From the NCBI GenBank assembly GCA_045863335.1, contig BTVY01000003.1:64001-128000 (forward strand): a stretch of 64,000 nt of DNA, given 5' to 3'. Every line of letters starts with the position of its first letter. Position 1 is the first letter of the stretch. Both the position numbers and the translations under genes were made by a program. The notes beneath the pieces are model-generated. The model did no database searches. It worked only from the letters and a program-made list of their open reading frames with translations, and was not told the origin of the DNA. This DNA comes from Candidatus Hydrogenedentota bacterium (GTDB lineage: Bacteria > Hydrogenedentota > Hydrogenedentia > Hydrogenedentales > SLHB01). Shown here piece after piece: positions 1 through 10,200 of the stretch.

Positions 1-768
1 TTGCGCGATGCGCTCGAGGCGCAGGGTGCGCTCCTGGTGCGCAGCGTCCGGCCGAACGATATTGATGAACTCGAGGCCGTCTTTAAGGTCTACGACAAGA
101 AGCCCTACAAGATCGCCGGGTTCTTCCACGAACTCGTGCTCATGAACTACGGCGGCAAGCGCCTCACGCACCAGTTCGTCCGCCGCGCTTATTCCCTTTG
201 CACCAAACAGGACGTGCCCACGGTCGTCGACGAGATTCAGTCCTGCGTGTGGAGCCCCCGGCTCTTTCTCTATCGCGAATATGGTGTCAAGCCTACGTTC
301 GTGGCGGTCGGAAAAGGCTTTCCCGGCGGGGAGTATCCCGCCTCGCGGATTCTATTCAACTCCTCCTTCGATTGCCTGCCCCAGTTTGGCGCGCTCGTCA
401 CCAACGGACAAGAAGAGCTTGCGTCCTTGTCCTACCTCGTCACTATGCGCTGGGCCGAAGCCAACGCGGGAGTCACCAGCGACGTGGGCGAATACTACGA
501 GCGCGGATTGAAAGACCTCGCATCGCGGTTCAACACCGTTATCGCTTCCATCGAAGGCCGCCGCCATCTCGCCGGCGTCTACTTCCACGACCTCGACCCC
601 GCCAGGACCTTCGCCGAACGCCTCAACAAGTCCGGCCTCGACATCAGCGTGCAGACGTACAAGGCAGGCTGTCCGCCCTGCGCGCTCACAAAACTGCCTC
701 TAATCACCACCCACGAAATGGTCGAATTCGTTCTCGACAGGATGGAGAACGCCCTTCGAACAATCTAA
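1..768 (+). CDS. Class III PLP-dependent aminotransferase, C-terminal part (5' end probably outside window)
   Basis: VVDEIQS and VAVGKGFPGG (PLP lysine) motifs; ORF open at window start. Confidence 0.8.
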   Translation: MRDALEAQGALLVRSVRPNDIDELEAVFKVYDKKPYKIAGFFHELVLMNYGGKRLTHQFVRRAYSLCTKQDVPTVVDEIQSCVWSPRLFLYREYGVKPTFVAVGKGFPGGEYPASRILFNSSFDCLPQFGALVTNGQEELASLSYLVTMRWAEANAGVTSDVGEYYERGLKDLASRFNTVIASIEGRRHLAGVYFHDLDPARTFAERLNKSGLDISVQTYKAGCPPCALTKLPLITTHEMVEFVLDRMENALRTI

Positions 769-1035
769 CGCGGGTTTCGTCTACAGCCCATCAGGCCTGG
801 GGTGTCATCAAATTCGAAATCCGAAACTGGAGATTCGAAACAGGCACAGATGTACGAAACTCCAATGGACGAAACGAGGAGTGACAAGGCTCTACTGTCG
901 TAACGCTCGGGTTCCGCGCCGGGCGGATACTCACGGATTCGCACGCACGCCTTGCCCTTGTCGAGTAGAACGCGTCGCACCGCGCACAAAAGGTGACCGT
1001 CAATCCCCAGGTAGTCAACCCCGCGGTTACAGATG

Positions 1036-1140
1036 GGGGCTGGCCACAGTCTACGGAATCGTCAAACAGAACGACGGTTTCATCAACGTATTTAGCGAGC
1101 CCCGTCGTGAGACCACCTGCCGGATCTACCTGCCGCGATA
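1036..1140 (+). pseudogene. Remnant of a histidine-kinase HATPase_c C-terminal segment
   Basis: Translates GLATVYGIVKQNDGFINVFSEPRRETTCRIYLPR, matching the G2-box end of hybrid HKs; no recognisable kinase body upstream. Confidence 0.65.
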
Positions 1141-1237
1141 CGCTCTCAAAACCGGAGCGGTGCTGAATGGGCGCATATACAATGAAACGGCGTGGCGGAA
1201 CGTGGGCCACGCATCCGTTGGCAGCTATGAATGTAAT

Positions 1238-2332
1238 CTAACGGAATCCCGCATGCTTATCGGGACGCGTCTCCATATCCGCATATTGTTCGTGGATATC
1301 TTCGAATTGGCTGATGTGTGCGAGCATGATGTCAGCAATCGCAGGGTCAAACCGCTTCCCGGTCTCTTCGCGCAGGTTCGCCACCGCATCGTTGGCCGTG
1401 AACGCTGCCTTGTACACGCGCTCGGAACGCAGCGCATCGTAGTGGTCGGCAATGCTCATGATGCGCGCGGCCAGGGGAATCTCCTCCCCCTTCATACCGG
1501 AGGGGTAACCCTTGCCGTCGTATCGCTCATGGTGGCTCAAGACGATGTCGCGCGCAATGCGGAACATCTGGAGGTCGCAATATTGAAGTACGGTCTCAAG
1601 GGCGCGTCCCCCCACCAGCGTGTGGGTCTTGATAGTTTCGAACTCTTCCTCGGTAAGCTTCCCTTGTTTCTTCAAGATGGCGTCGGGAATGCTGACCTTG
1701 CCGATGTCGTGCAAGGGGCTGACATAGTAGATGGCCTCGACAAACTCCGGGGTCACTTGTTCCTCGAATCGGGCATCCTGGGACATCAGCTTGGCGAGGA
1801 GCGTGCTATGGTCGCGCACGCGATAGAGGTGGGCGCCGGTATCGGTGTCCCGTGACTCGGCCAATTCCGCCAACGAGATGATCAGGCCCTGGTGTGCGCG
1901 GAGCAGGTCGAGAGTGGCGACTTGGTTCGCCTGCCGCAATCTCTGAGAAAGGAGCCGTAGAATGCGTTGCGCGAAACGTTCGTCCTGATCTATCAACACG
2001 ATGAACTGCTCCCGGTCCAGGCACAGGAGTTCCACGTCTGAAACGGCCTTGATCGTCGCCGAGCGCGGTTCATCGGCCACCAAGGCCATCTCGCCGAAGC
2101 CATCTCCCGGCCCCAGGCGCTGTAGTTCTCGCTGGCCAACTCCGCTACCTTTCAGCACGGTCGCTTCGCCGGTTGCGATGAGGTAATACGTCTCCCCGCG
2201 GCTACCCTCGGTCAAGATGATGTCGCCCGCCTTGGCGGAGACCCAACGGAATTGTTTCGCGATACGCTCGATCGTTTGAAGGCCAAGGCCCATGAAGAGG
2301 TCGCTACGTCCGAGGTACGATTCAATGTGCAT
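1238..2332 (-). CDS. cNMP-binding domain + HD-GYP phosphodiesterase
   Basis: GDGFGEMALVADEPRSATIKA (cNMP-binding); LHDIGK and HHERYDGKGYP (HD-GYP). Confidence 0.92.
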   Translation of the reverse strand: MHIESYLGRSDLFMGLGLQTIERIAKQFRWVSAKAGDIILTEGSRGETYYLIATGEATVLKGSGVGQRELQRLGPGDGFGEMALVADEPRSATIKAVSDVELLCLDREQFIVLIDQDERFAQRILRLLSQRLRQANQVATLDLLRAHQGLIISLAELAESRDTDTGAHLYRVRDHSTLLAKLMSQDARFEEQVTPEFVEAIYYVSPLHDIGKVSIPDAILKKQGKLTEEEFETIKTHTLVGGRALETVLQYCDLQMFRIARDIVLSHHERYDGKGYPSGMKGEEIPLAARIMSIADHYDALRSERVYKAAFTANDAVANLREETGKRFDPAIADIMLAHISQFEDIHEQYADMETRPDKHAGFR

Positions 2333-2445
2333 GCGCGCATCTCCGGTTATGTCTTTTGGTTGTCATGGGCACCGCGTCCAAGATGGAGGATCTCCGCTTG
2401 TGATCACTCAACCGCGCGCCGCGTCCACAGAGCGTGGGACGCCAA

Positions 2446-4497
2446 TTAGTGTACACGATTCGTGAGCCCCTTGATGCTGTACACGCAAATCGGCGTCTCT
2501 CTCCCGCGTATGGTCAAGGGGCCAAACTTCTCAGCGTCGACGTAATCCTTGATCTGTTCGTAGGTGGTTTCGTTGACCAGGATATCGGATTGGAGATCCT
2601 TGGTGAGCGATTCGATGCGCTGCGCGTAGTTCACGTGCTGCCCGATGGCGGTGTATTCGAGACGGCGCGCGGACCCAATGTTGCCCACGATGACCTCGCC
2701 GGTGGAAATCCCAATGCCTATTTGAAGAGGGGGCTTGCCGCGACTCACCCATTCTGCGTTCAACTTGCGCAGCATTGCCTGCATTGCCAGCGCGACCTTC
2801 ACGGCGCGAAGTGGATCGTCCTTGTGTTGCACGGGAGCGCCAAACAACGCGAGCACGGCGTCTCCCATGAATTTGTCGAGTGTGCCTTCATTGGCGAGGA
2901 TGATGTCGATCATCGCGGCAAAGTAGGAGTTCAGGAACTTCACGAGATCTTCGGGATCCATTTTTTCGGACATTGACGTGAATCCGCGGATATCCGATAA
3001 TAAAATGGTGACCATTCTGCGCTCGCCGCTCACATTCACCGGCTTGGAACTCCTGAGGATCTGATCCACAATCTCGGCGCTCACGTACCGCGCGAACGAC
3101 TGCCGCAGCAGTTGTTTGCGTTTCTCTTCGTGTCGCAGACGGACCAACGTGAGCAGCGAGGACCCTGTCACCATCATGGTCATCCCGGGGAGGGGAGACC
3201 AGAAGACGCCCCACCAGTTGAAGACGGCCCAGGATCCCAGTGCCAGCGCGACCACGGCCCCTGCGGTCACCACCGCGCTCAAGGTGACCCGCGTCCACGC
3301 GACCAGGGCGCTCACGAGGAGTCCCGACAGGAGTATGACGAGGGCCTGCGCGCCGCGAATCCATGCCGGCTCGACAAAGAAATCCGCTCGCAGTATTGCG
3401 TCCGCAACCAGCGCGTGGAGATCCACTCCCGGGCACAACTGCATGACCGGCGTCGCGTGCGTATCCTGCAGCCCGCTCGCCGAGGACCCGATAAAGACGA
3501 TTTTACCCTGGAGTCTCTCGGGATCGACTTCGCCCTCCAGCAGGTCGAACGCGGAGATGTGGCTGAAACGGTCCGTCGGCCGCTTGCGGAACGGGAGCAA
3601 CATGTTTCCGGCTGAGTCTGTTGGAATGATGGTCTGTCCAAGGTGCAGTTCCATTACGCCCGCGTTGGACCACTGCATCACAACTTGGTTTTCCCCGGAG
3701 GCGGCAAGCAGTGCAGCCACAGGAAGACTCGGAACCCACTCTTCGCCAGAACGCAGCACGAGAGGGGCTCGTCGGAGTTTGCCATCCCGATCTGGCAGTG
3801 TATTGGTGGCCGCCACGAAGGTGGCTGCCTTGGCCAGTTCGGGAAGTGGGCAGACGGTCCCCGAGGCAGTGGGAATGGGTGGCGTCCCGTCCGTGCCGGG
3901 AAGCGCGCGTAGCACGACACTCAATGGTCTTCCGCAACCCCCGCCGACGCCTGGCTGCGACGCGTCGAATTTCAGGTCCGCGCCCAGGACCACGGTGTGC
4001 CGGGCCACGGTTTCCGCCAGAATCCGGTCATTGTTCAGTAAATCGGCCGGTATTCCGCCCAGGTCAAGATCGATGCCGCGGTCCTTCCGGTAGAGGTCGC
4101 TGACGGCAGTGAGGGAGATCCGATCGGGTTCCGCGAACAGCAGGTCCAGCGCAATGCTGCGCGCACCCAGGGCGGACGCTTGTTCGACAAGTTTCGCAAT
4201 ATGGTAGCGGGGCCACGGCCATTGTCCCACCTTTGCCAGGCTCGATTCGTCAACATCCACGATGGCCACTTCTGGGGGCGCGGACGGCGCCCCGAGGAAA
4301 CGGACCATTTCGTCGTAGCCCACGTACTCGAAGGCCTTGACTGGAGAAGGGGGAAAGACCACAAAGACGAGGAAGGACAGGGTGAGTAGTCCGCCGAGCA
4401 GTAATACAATACGCGACGTCGGAGCAAGCACCTGACCGTCGTCGGAAGCCCCGCGAATCAGCCGCACCAAGCGGTCACCTATTCTGACCAGCATCAC
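2446..4497 (-). CDS. CHASE2-domain class III adenylate/guanylate cyclase
   Basis: GQWPWPR and PGVDLHA CHASE2 motifs, 3 TM helices, SDIRGFT, DKFMGDAV, VGNIGS, VNYAQRIE. Confidence 0.92.
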   Translation of the reverse strand: MMLVRIGDRLVRLIRGASDDGQVLAPTSRIVLLLGGLLTLSFLVFVVFPPSPVKAFEYVGYDEMVRFLGAPSAPPEVAIVDVDESSLAKVGQWPWPRYHIAKLVEQASALGARSIALDLLFAEPDRISLTAVSDLYRKDRGIDLDLGGIPADLLNNDRILAETVARHTVVLGADLKFDASQPGVGGGCGRPLSVVLRALPGTDGTPPIPTASGTVCPLPELAKAATFVAATNTLPDRDGKLRRAPLVLRSGEEWVPSLPVAALLAASGENQVVMQWSNAGVMELHLGQTIIPTDSAGNMLLPFRKRPTDRFSHISAFDLLEGEVDPERLQGKIVFIGSSASGLQDTHATPVMQLCPGVDLHALVADAILRADFFVEPAWIRGAQALVILLSGLLVSALVAWTRVTLSAVVTAGAVVALALGSWAVFNWWGVFWSPLPGMTMMVTGSSLLTLVRLRHEEKRKQLLRQSFARYVSAEIVDQILRSSKPVNVSGERRMVTILLSDIRGFTSMSEKMDPEDLVKFLNSYFAAMIDIILANEGTLDKFMGDAVLALFGAPVQHKDDPLRAVKVALAMQAMLRKLNAEWVSRGKPPLQIGIGISTGEVIVGNIGSARRLEYTAIGQHVNYAQRIESLTKDLQSDILVNETTYEQIKDYVDAEKFGPLTIRGRETPICVYSIKGLTNRVH

Positions 4498-4521
4498 CGA
4501 TCCGCCAGCGCCCCCGGTAGG

Positions 4522-5127
4522 TTATCGGACCACCACTTCGACGCGGCGGTTTTTGGGTTCGTCCACGTTGTCCTCGGTTGGCACAACAGGTTTGCTTTCA
4601 CCGTAATACTCGATCGTCAAGTTCTCGGCGGGGATACCTTGTTCCACCAGCAAGGTCTTGACCGCGTTCGCGCGGTCCAGGCTCAACTTCATGTTCGCAG
4701 CGTCCTCGCCGGTGCGGTCCGTGTGTCCGTTCAGGCTGATGTCGTGCGAATCCCGCTGCCGTACTTCCGCCAAAACCTGCTCCAAGATGGGCTTTGATTC
4801 GGTGGACACCTTGCTCGAACCGCTGTCGAAATAGATGCTGAATCCTTTTGGCGAAGGCGGTACAATGGCGAGAGCGTCCGCGAACTTGGCCTGAATCTCA
4901 TCGTTTGTCGCCACGCGTGACTCGGAGAACGCCTTGTCCGCGCGCGGGGTCGCGACGGTCTCGTTGGCCTTGTTCAGAGTTACACTGGCTGCCTGGTTGG
5001 TTACCGTGACCTGTCCCACATGCCCTTCCGGATCAGGTACCAGGTAGAAGCTCGTCTGCCGCTTCGTCGCACATCCGGCCGCGACGCAAAGAAGAATCAG
5101 CGCCACGATGAGGTTCGCGTACTTCAT
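4522..5127 (-). CDS. OmpA-family lipoprotein
   Basis: Lipobox AAGC; GHTDRTG...NMKLSLDRA...NRRVEV OmpA C-terminal motifs. Confidence 0.9.
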   Translation of the reverse strand: MKYANLIVALILLCVAAGCATKRQTSFYLVPDPEGHVGQVTVTNQAASVTLNKANETVATPRADKAFSESRVATNDEIQAKFADALAIVPPSPKGFSIYFDSGSSKVSTESKPILEQVLAEVRQRDSHDISLNGHTDRTGEDAANMKLSLDRANAVKTLLVEQGIPAENLTIEYYGESKPVVPTEDNVDEPKNRRVEVVVR

Positions 5128-5612
5128 TTTGCCTTCTCCGATCGCTTCGTCGCCTTGGGCGCCGGCACTTCGACCAACAGTTCCGTGCCTCGAACCGCTG
5201 CCACACCGGACGGGGTTTCAATCTGCGCCGAACCGGGCGCCAGCTTGGCAATCTGACCAGAGATATAGACCAAAGTGCCTTTGGCGACACCAAGCGTCAT
5301 CCCCAGGATGCCTTCATCGGGCTTGAACTTGAACTCGGACATCTTGAGCTCGCTCGAAGGACCCAGCGAAAGCGTGGTGTCGTCCCTCAGGACCACCCCA
5401 ACACTTCCTTCCTCGTTCGTCCGGATCACGTCCGAGGCGTACACGCGCGTGCCTTTAGCGGCGGCAATCTCATCGCCCCCGCGGATCACCTGGACCGTTC
5501 CCTTGACGTCCGTGATGCTCCCGACCAGCTCTTGCTGGGTTTCCGCCAAGGCGGAAAGGCAAGTTGCCAGCGTGATTACTGCAATCAAGGCTGGATGCGA
5601 TTTTCCCATCAT
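5124..5612 (-). CDS. FecR-domain secreted protein
   Basis: Signal peptide; D.IRT...G.V...L.D.T.L.LGP.SEL and TPSGVAAVRGT motifs; GGAGG RBS before ATG at 5612. Confidence 0.88.
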   Translation of the reverse strand: MMGKSHPALIAVITLATCLSALAETQQELVGSITDVKGTVQVIRGGDEIAAAKGTRVYASDVIRTNEEGSVGVVLRDDTTLSLGPSSELKMSEFKFKPDEGILGMTLGVAKGTLVYISGQIAKLAPGSAQIETPSGVAAVRGTELLVEVPAPKATKRSEKAK

Positions 5613-6222
5613 CTGCACCTCCCAATGCTGAAGGCCGCGCCCCACGTCAATGCCTTTAATCTAGTTATACCCCAAGAAGTCGGAAAAGGACAGCAGGATA
5701 TCGAGTATCCGCGCTGTTTGAGGAGAGAGGCGTTGCCGCAAAACCGGACGCTTCAGGCACAATAATTGATTGGTAACGTGTGTTAAGGTTACCGGTTACC
5801 CGTCGATTGAATGGTGCAGCCCGCATGAGGGAAGCTCTCAAGGCATCTCGGTTGCCTCCCGACTCAAAGAGATGCGAAGGCGTGCAAAATCCCTGCTGAG
5901 GCTGGCGAGACGGGCCGGGGAGAGGCGGTTCTCCCCGCTTCCCCTGATACCGTCGCGCGGTGGATTACAGCCACGCCGAAACCCGGAAGCCCGCGACCCT
6001 GCAAAGGCGGCTGGCGTCGATCGGCGTGGCGCATCAAGCAGCGGGGCACACGAGTCCGGCCAGTGCTCCGCCGGTGCGAGCCACCATGTAAGGCATTCGG
6101 CGCACCGTCCGCATGGCGCAGCAGAAAGCGGCATCCTTGCTTGTCGAGCACATTCGGGTAGCCGTGCGTGTTCTCGACGATTCCCCGCACGGCATCAGGG
6201 ATAAGGCGGTTCTTCTGCTTGG

Positions 6223-6851
6223 GTTGGCCAATTGACTCGCGAATGTGTGCCTCAACCCGTGCGGGGTAACGCCGTTCAGACCCGCGTCCTCGACTATGGT
6301 ACCGTACGCTTCGGTGAGGTCTACGCGGTAGACGGATTCTGCGCCGTCCTTCTTTTGCCTGTCGAGGTAGACGATAAATTCGTCGGCATTGCACTTGTAG
6401 GCTTCCAGAATGCCCCGCGGCCGCGAGTTCATCGGTATCTTGCGATTGCCGCCATGAAGGTGCTGGACAAGGCGAGCAGGGAGGAGCGCACCGTGCTTTT
6501 CTCGCGGCCCTTCTCGTCTAGCAGGTGCGACTTGTACTGCGCTATGGTTTCCGTGGTAACATCGCTCAACCGGACCGGCTTCGCCCAGGGGGTGAAGTGT
6601 TTCCATTCCTGGAGCAGGGTTTTGGCAGTGTGTGGCCGTTTCGCGGCCCTTACGTGAGCAGGGAGCAGCGTGGTGAATTCGTCTACAGCACAGTCCTTGC
6701 GGTTCCCGGCGGGAATGCCGGCCTCAAGCGCCTGTTCGATCTCTACCAGCTTCGCCCGCGCCCGCCGTACCGACTTGGTTTTGAGAGACTGCCGATTAAC
6801 CTTACCGCGCTCGCTGAACTTCGCGTACCAGACGCCATCCCGCTGGTACAT
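6223..6851 (-). pseudogene. Degraded tyrosine recombinase/phage integrase
   Basis: N-terminal MYQRDGVWYAKF arm/SAM-like region in one frame, then RKIPMN...HGLRHTFASQLA in another frame after ~6445. First catalytic Arg region and the C-terminal LGH/Tyr are missing. Confidence 0.8.
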
Positions 6852-6970
6852 GCTGGCCGTGTCTTGCGCTCCCCTGAGTACACCGTTTGGTACACAAACC
6901 GCATTCAACGAGAGCGCCTTGCCGCGCTTAAACTGTTCTATTAATAGGCTTTAGGTGGCCTATTCCTTCC

Positions 6971-7042
6971 GCCCCGATAGTTCAATGGATAGAACAAGTC
7001 CCTCCTAAGGATTAGATCCGTGTTCGATTCACGGTCGGGGCA
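6971..7042 (+). tRNA. tRNA-Arg (anticodon CCT), CCA not encoded
   Basis: Acceptor GCCCCGA/TCGGGGC, D-arm GTTC..GAAC, anticodon arm AGTCC-CTCCTAA-GGATT, T-arm CCGTG-TTCGATT-CACGG. Confidence 0.95.
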
Positions 7043-7113
7043 TTTTTCTCTTATCGGCAATTATCTGCTCGTTCCGAAACGTAGTGGAACGCTTCTCCGC
7101 TGCTTGCCAAATG

Positions 7114-7183
7114 AAAAAGGCAGCCCGTAGGCTGCCACATTTGGTGGTTTACCTTGTTAACGTCTTGTAAACCCCATTTTGCG
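7114..7183 (-). ncRNA. tracrRNA (short, ~70 nt)
   Basis: Minus strand reads GCAAAATGGGGT-TTA-CAAGACGTTAAC (anti-repeat to GTTGCGGCTTGACCCCATTTTGC), then nexus-like AAGGTAAACC and terminator GGCAGCC-TACG-GGCTGCC-TTTTT. Confidence 0.88.
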
Positions 7184-7193
7184 TCATTATTAT
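7165..7193 (+). promoter_or_regulatory. Putative cas9 promoter TTGTAA-N17-TATTAT overlapping the anti-repeat
   Basis: Hexamers at 7165-7170 and 7188-7193, 55 nt upstream of the cas9 ATG. Confidence 0.45.
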
Positions 7194-7219
7194 AGCCCTG
7201 TCGTACCATGCGCTGTCAA
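7189..7219 (-). promoter_or_regulatory. Putative tracrRNA promoter TTGACA-N19-TATAAT
   Basis: Perfect hexamers on the minus strand (7219-7214, 7194-7189); spacing of 19 is suboptimal. Confidence 0.55.
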
Positions 7220-7248
7220 GTGCCGAACCAAAATGAGGGGGCGTCGTT

Positions 7249-10200
7249 ATGACCCAGTACAGGTTGTCTCTGGACATTGGCACAAATTCCATTGGTTGGT
7301 GTGCACTAACGTTGGAGAAGACGAATGAACGTCTACATCCAGTCGGGATACTGGACATGGGGGTCCGCGTCTTTCCGGACGGTCGAAACCCGAAAGACGG
7401 TTCGTCAAACGCAGTGAAGCGTCGGCTCGCTCGAAGTATGCGTCGGAACCGAGACCGATATCTCGAACGGCGCACGAGATTGCTCGAAACACTGGTTGAG
7501 CTTGGCCTGATGCCCACAGGAGAGAATGAGCGACGCCGTCTCGTCACTCTGGACCCGTACGCTCTTCGGGCACGTGGTCTGAACGAACGGCTTACCCTGT
7601 TCGAACTGGGACGGGCCATTTTTCACTTGAATCAGCGTCGTGGTTTCAAGAGCAATCGGAAGCAAGATGCGAAGGATAAAGAATCTGGGATCATCAAAAC
7701 AGCTATTCAGGGCCAACGGTCAAAAATGGACGCCGCTTGCGCTCGTACTTATGGGGAGTACCTATTCCTCCGACGCGGAAAGGGCGAGGACGTTCGAGCG
7801 AGACTCAGGACCGTTCGAATTACAGAGGACAACGGCAGAGAGAAGAACCAAGAATACTATGACATCTACCCGTCCCGCGAGAACATTGAGGAGGAATTAA
7901 ACACGCTGTGGCAAACGCAGGCCGTTTATTACCCAGAAGCACTAACCGAAGACGGTCGCAAGGAGATTCGCAACATTATCATTGACCAACGAGACCTGAA
8001 GAAACCAGCGGTAGGCAAGTGTACTTTTGAGAGAGATGAGGATCGGGCGCCCAAAGCATCTCCGTTGGTACAGCGCTGTAGGATATACCAGGAACTAAAT
8101 CACCTTACGATTATCGACACGAGAACTCTGAAAGGACGCGCACTTAGAATCGAGGAACGCGATAAGCTGGCGGCATTGCTATGCCAGCCCAGGGGAAGCA
8201 AAAAGACTAAGCCCGAAGTTAGCTTCGAGAAGATGCGGGGAATTCTCGGTTTTGAATCTTCCGTATTCTCCTTGGAGTCCGACAATCGGACTGGACTTGA
8301 AGGAGATGCGACTTCGGCGTTTCTCGCACACAAAGATCGGTTGGGACGGCGCTGGTACGAGCTTTCGGACGAAGACCAGGAAGGGGTAGTGTCTGCGCTG
8401 CTTGATATGAGTGACGAAGAAGAACTCATTGAATTCTTAATGGACCGTTTCAGCCTTGACCGAGAACATGCCGAGAACACTTCAAACACATTCCTTCCGG
8501 ACGGCTATAGCCGTCTGGGAAAGTCCGCAACGCACAAGATACTTTCTCAATTGGTTGATGAAGTCATACCCTATTCGGAAGCGGTAGTCCGGGCTGGCTA
8601 TTCCTCCCACTCGTTGTTCTCAACCGGGGACGCCCGTGAACGTCTTCCGTATTACGGCCAAGTGCTAGAACGCCATGTTGTGCCTGATCCTGAGAAAGGC
8701 GGCCATCCAGCAGTAAGTAACGAAAAACGGTACGGCAAAGTGACCAACCCGACCGTTCACATTGCGCTTAACCAACTCCGGAAAGTTGTGAACGAGATCA
8801 TCAAGCTGTACGGCAAACCTGCTGAGATTCATGTAGAGGTGTTGCGCGATCTCAAGAACAGTATCAAGCGTAAAAGGGAAATCGAAGCCGAGCAAAAGGC
8901 GAACAAAGATATTAACGCCGAATGCGCCCGACGCCTTCGCGAAGAGTTTAACCTGGTGGTAAACCGCGAAAACATACAGCGCCTTCGTCTTTTCTCTGAG
9001 TTGGACCCTACGAATCGGGTGTGCGTGTATTCGGGCGGGAGTATTACTGCAAGGAACCTTTTTACGCCGGAGGTGGAGATAGACCACATTCTGCCGTTCA
9101 GCCGAACACTGGACGACAGCATGAGCAATAGGATTCTGTGTCTACGGGAGGCCAACCGGGGAAAGTCGAATGCCTCGCCTTTTGAGGCGTGGGGTAATAG
9201 CAATGACTGGGGAGATATTCTGAGTCGGAGCGCTCTGCTGGCAAAGAACAAACGTTGGCGTTTCGCCGAAGACGCGATGGCCCGGTATGAAAAGGAAGGC
9301 GACTTCATCGCGCGGCAACTGACGGATAGTCAGTATATCGCTAAGCTTGCCCGAGCATACCTCGCGGTGCTTTATCCGCAAGACAGCTCGCACAAAGTGG
9401 TCTGTATTCCGGGGCGCCTAACCGGAATGTTTCGACACCACTTCGGTCTCGATTCAGTGCTCGACGAGGTGAATCCCGCTCGAAAGGAAAGCGGAGCGCC
9501 CTTGGGGGAGAAGAATCGAAACGACCATCGAAATCACGCGTTGGACGCCCTCATAGTAGGGCTGATGGATAGAGCTTTTCTGCAACGGGCTGCAAGGGCC
9601 AACGCAATTCAGGAACATGCGGGTGTTCAAGGGGTGCTGACGGGATTCGAGGAGCCGTGGAGTGATTTTCGGGCGTCTGCACGTGATGCTATTGCCAAGA
9701 TCGTCGTGTCTCATAAACTCGATCACGGTATCGAGGATGCTCTTCACAATCAGACGGCATACGGATTTGCACGACGCGCAGATTCTCGCGGTAACGCTAT
9801 TCACCGTATTGCAGTATCGGACTTGAAAGTGACGAGCATCCGATACATCCGAGGGAGGCTGCTGCGTTCTCAATTGGTGGCAGCCTTGTCTGGCTTGTCT
9901 CAACAAGAAGCTTACAGTCTGTTGGAAGAACTCGACAGTGGAAGGAACGACCCGAAAACTACGCTGGAATCCATTTGTGATTCCGATGGGAAGGGATCAA
10001 AGGACATCGAGATGCGTGCACAAGCCTACTTCCGATCAAGGGGTGTTAGGCGGATTAGGTTAATTGAACCGATAAAGCTAATTCCCATACGGGACAAAGA
10101 GGGCGCGGTCTATAAAGGCTTCAAGCCGGACCGCAATGCATATCTTGATGTATTCGAGTCAGACAACGGTGGTGGGTGGATAGGAGACCCTGTGACTTGT

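Noticed and set aside
881-1855. 324-aa plus-strand ORF
   Set aside because: Mostly antisense shadow of the HD-GYP gene; only the short kinase remnant looks real
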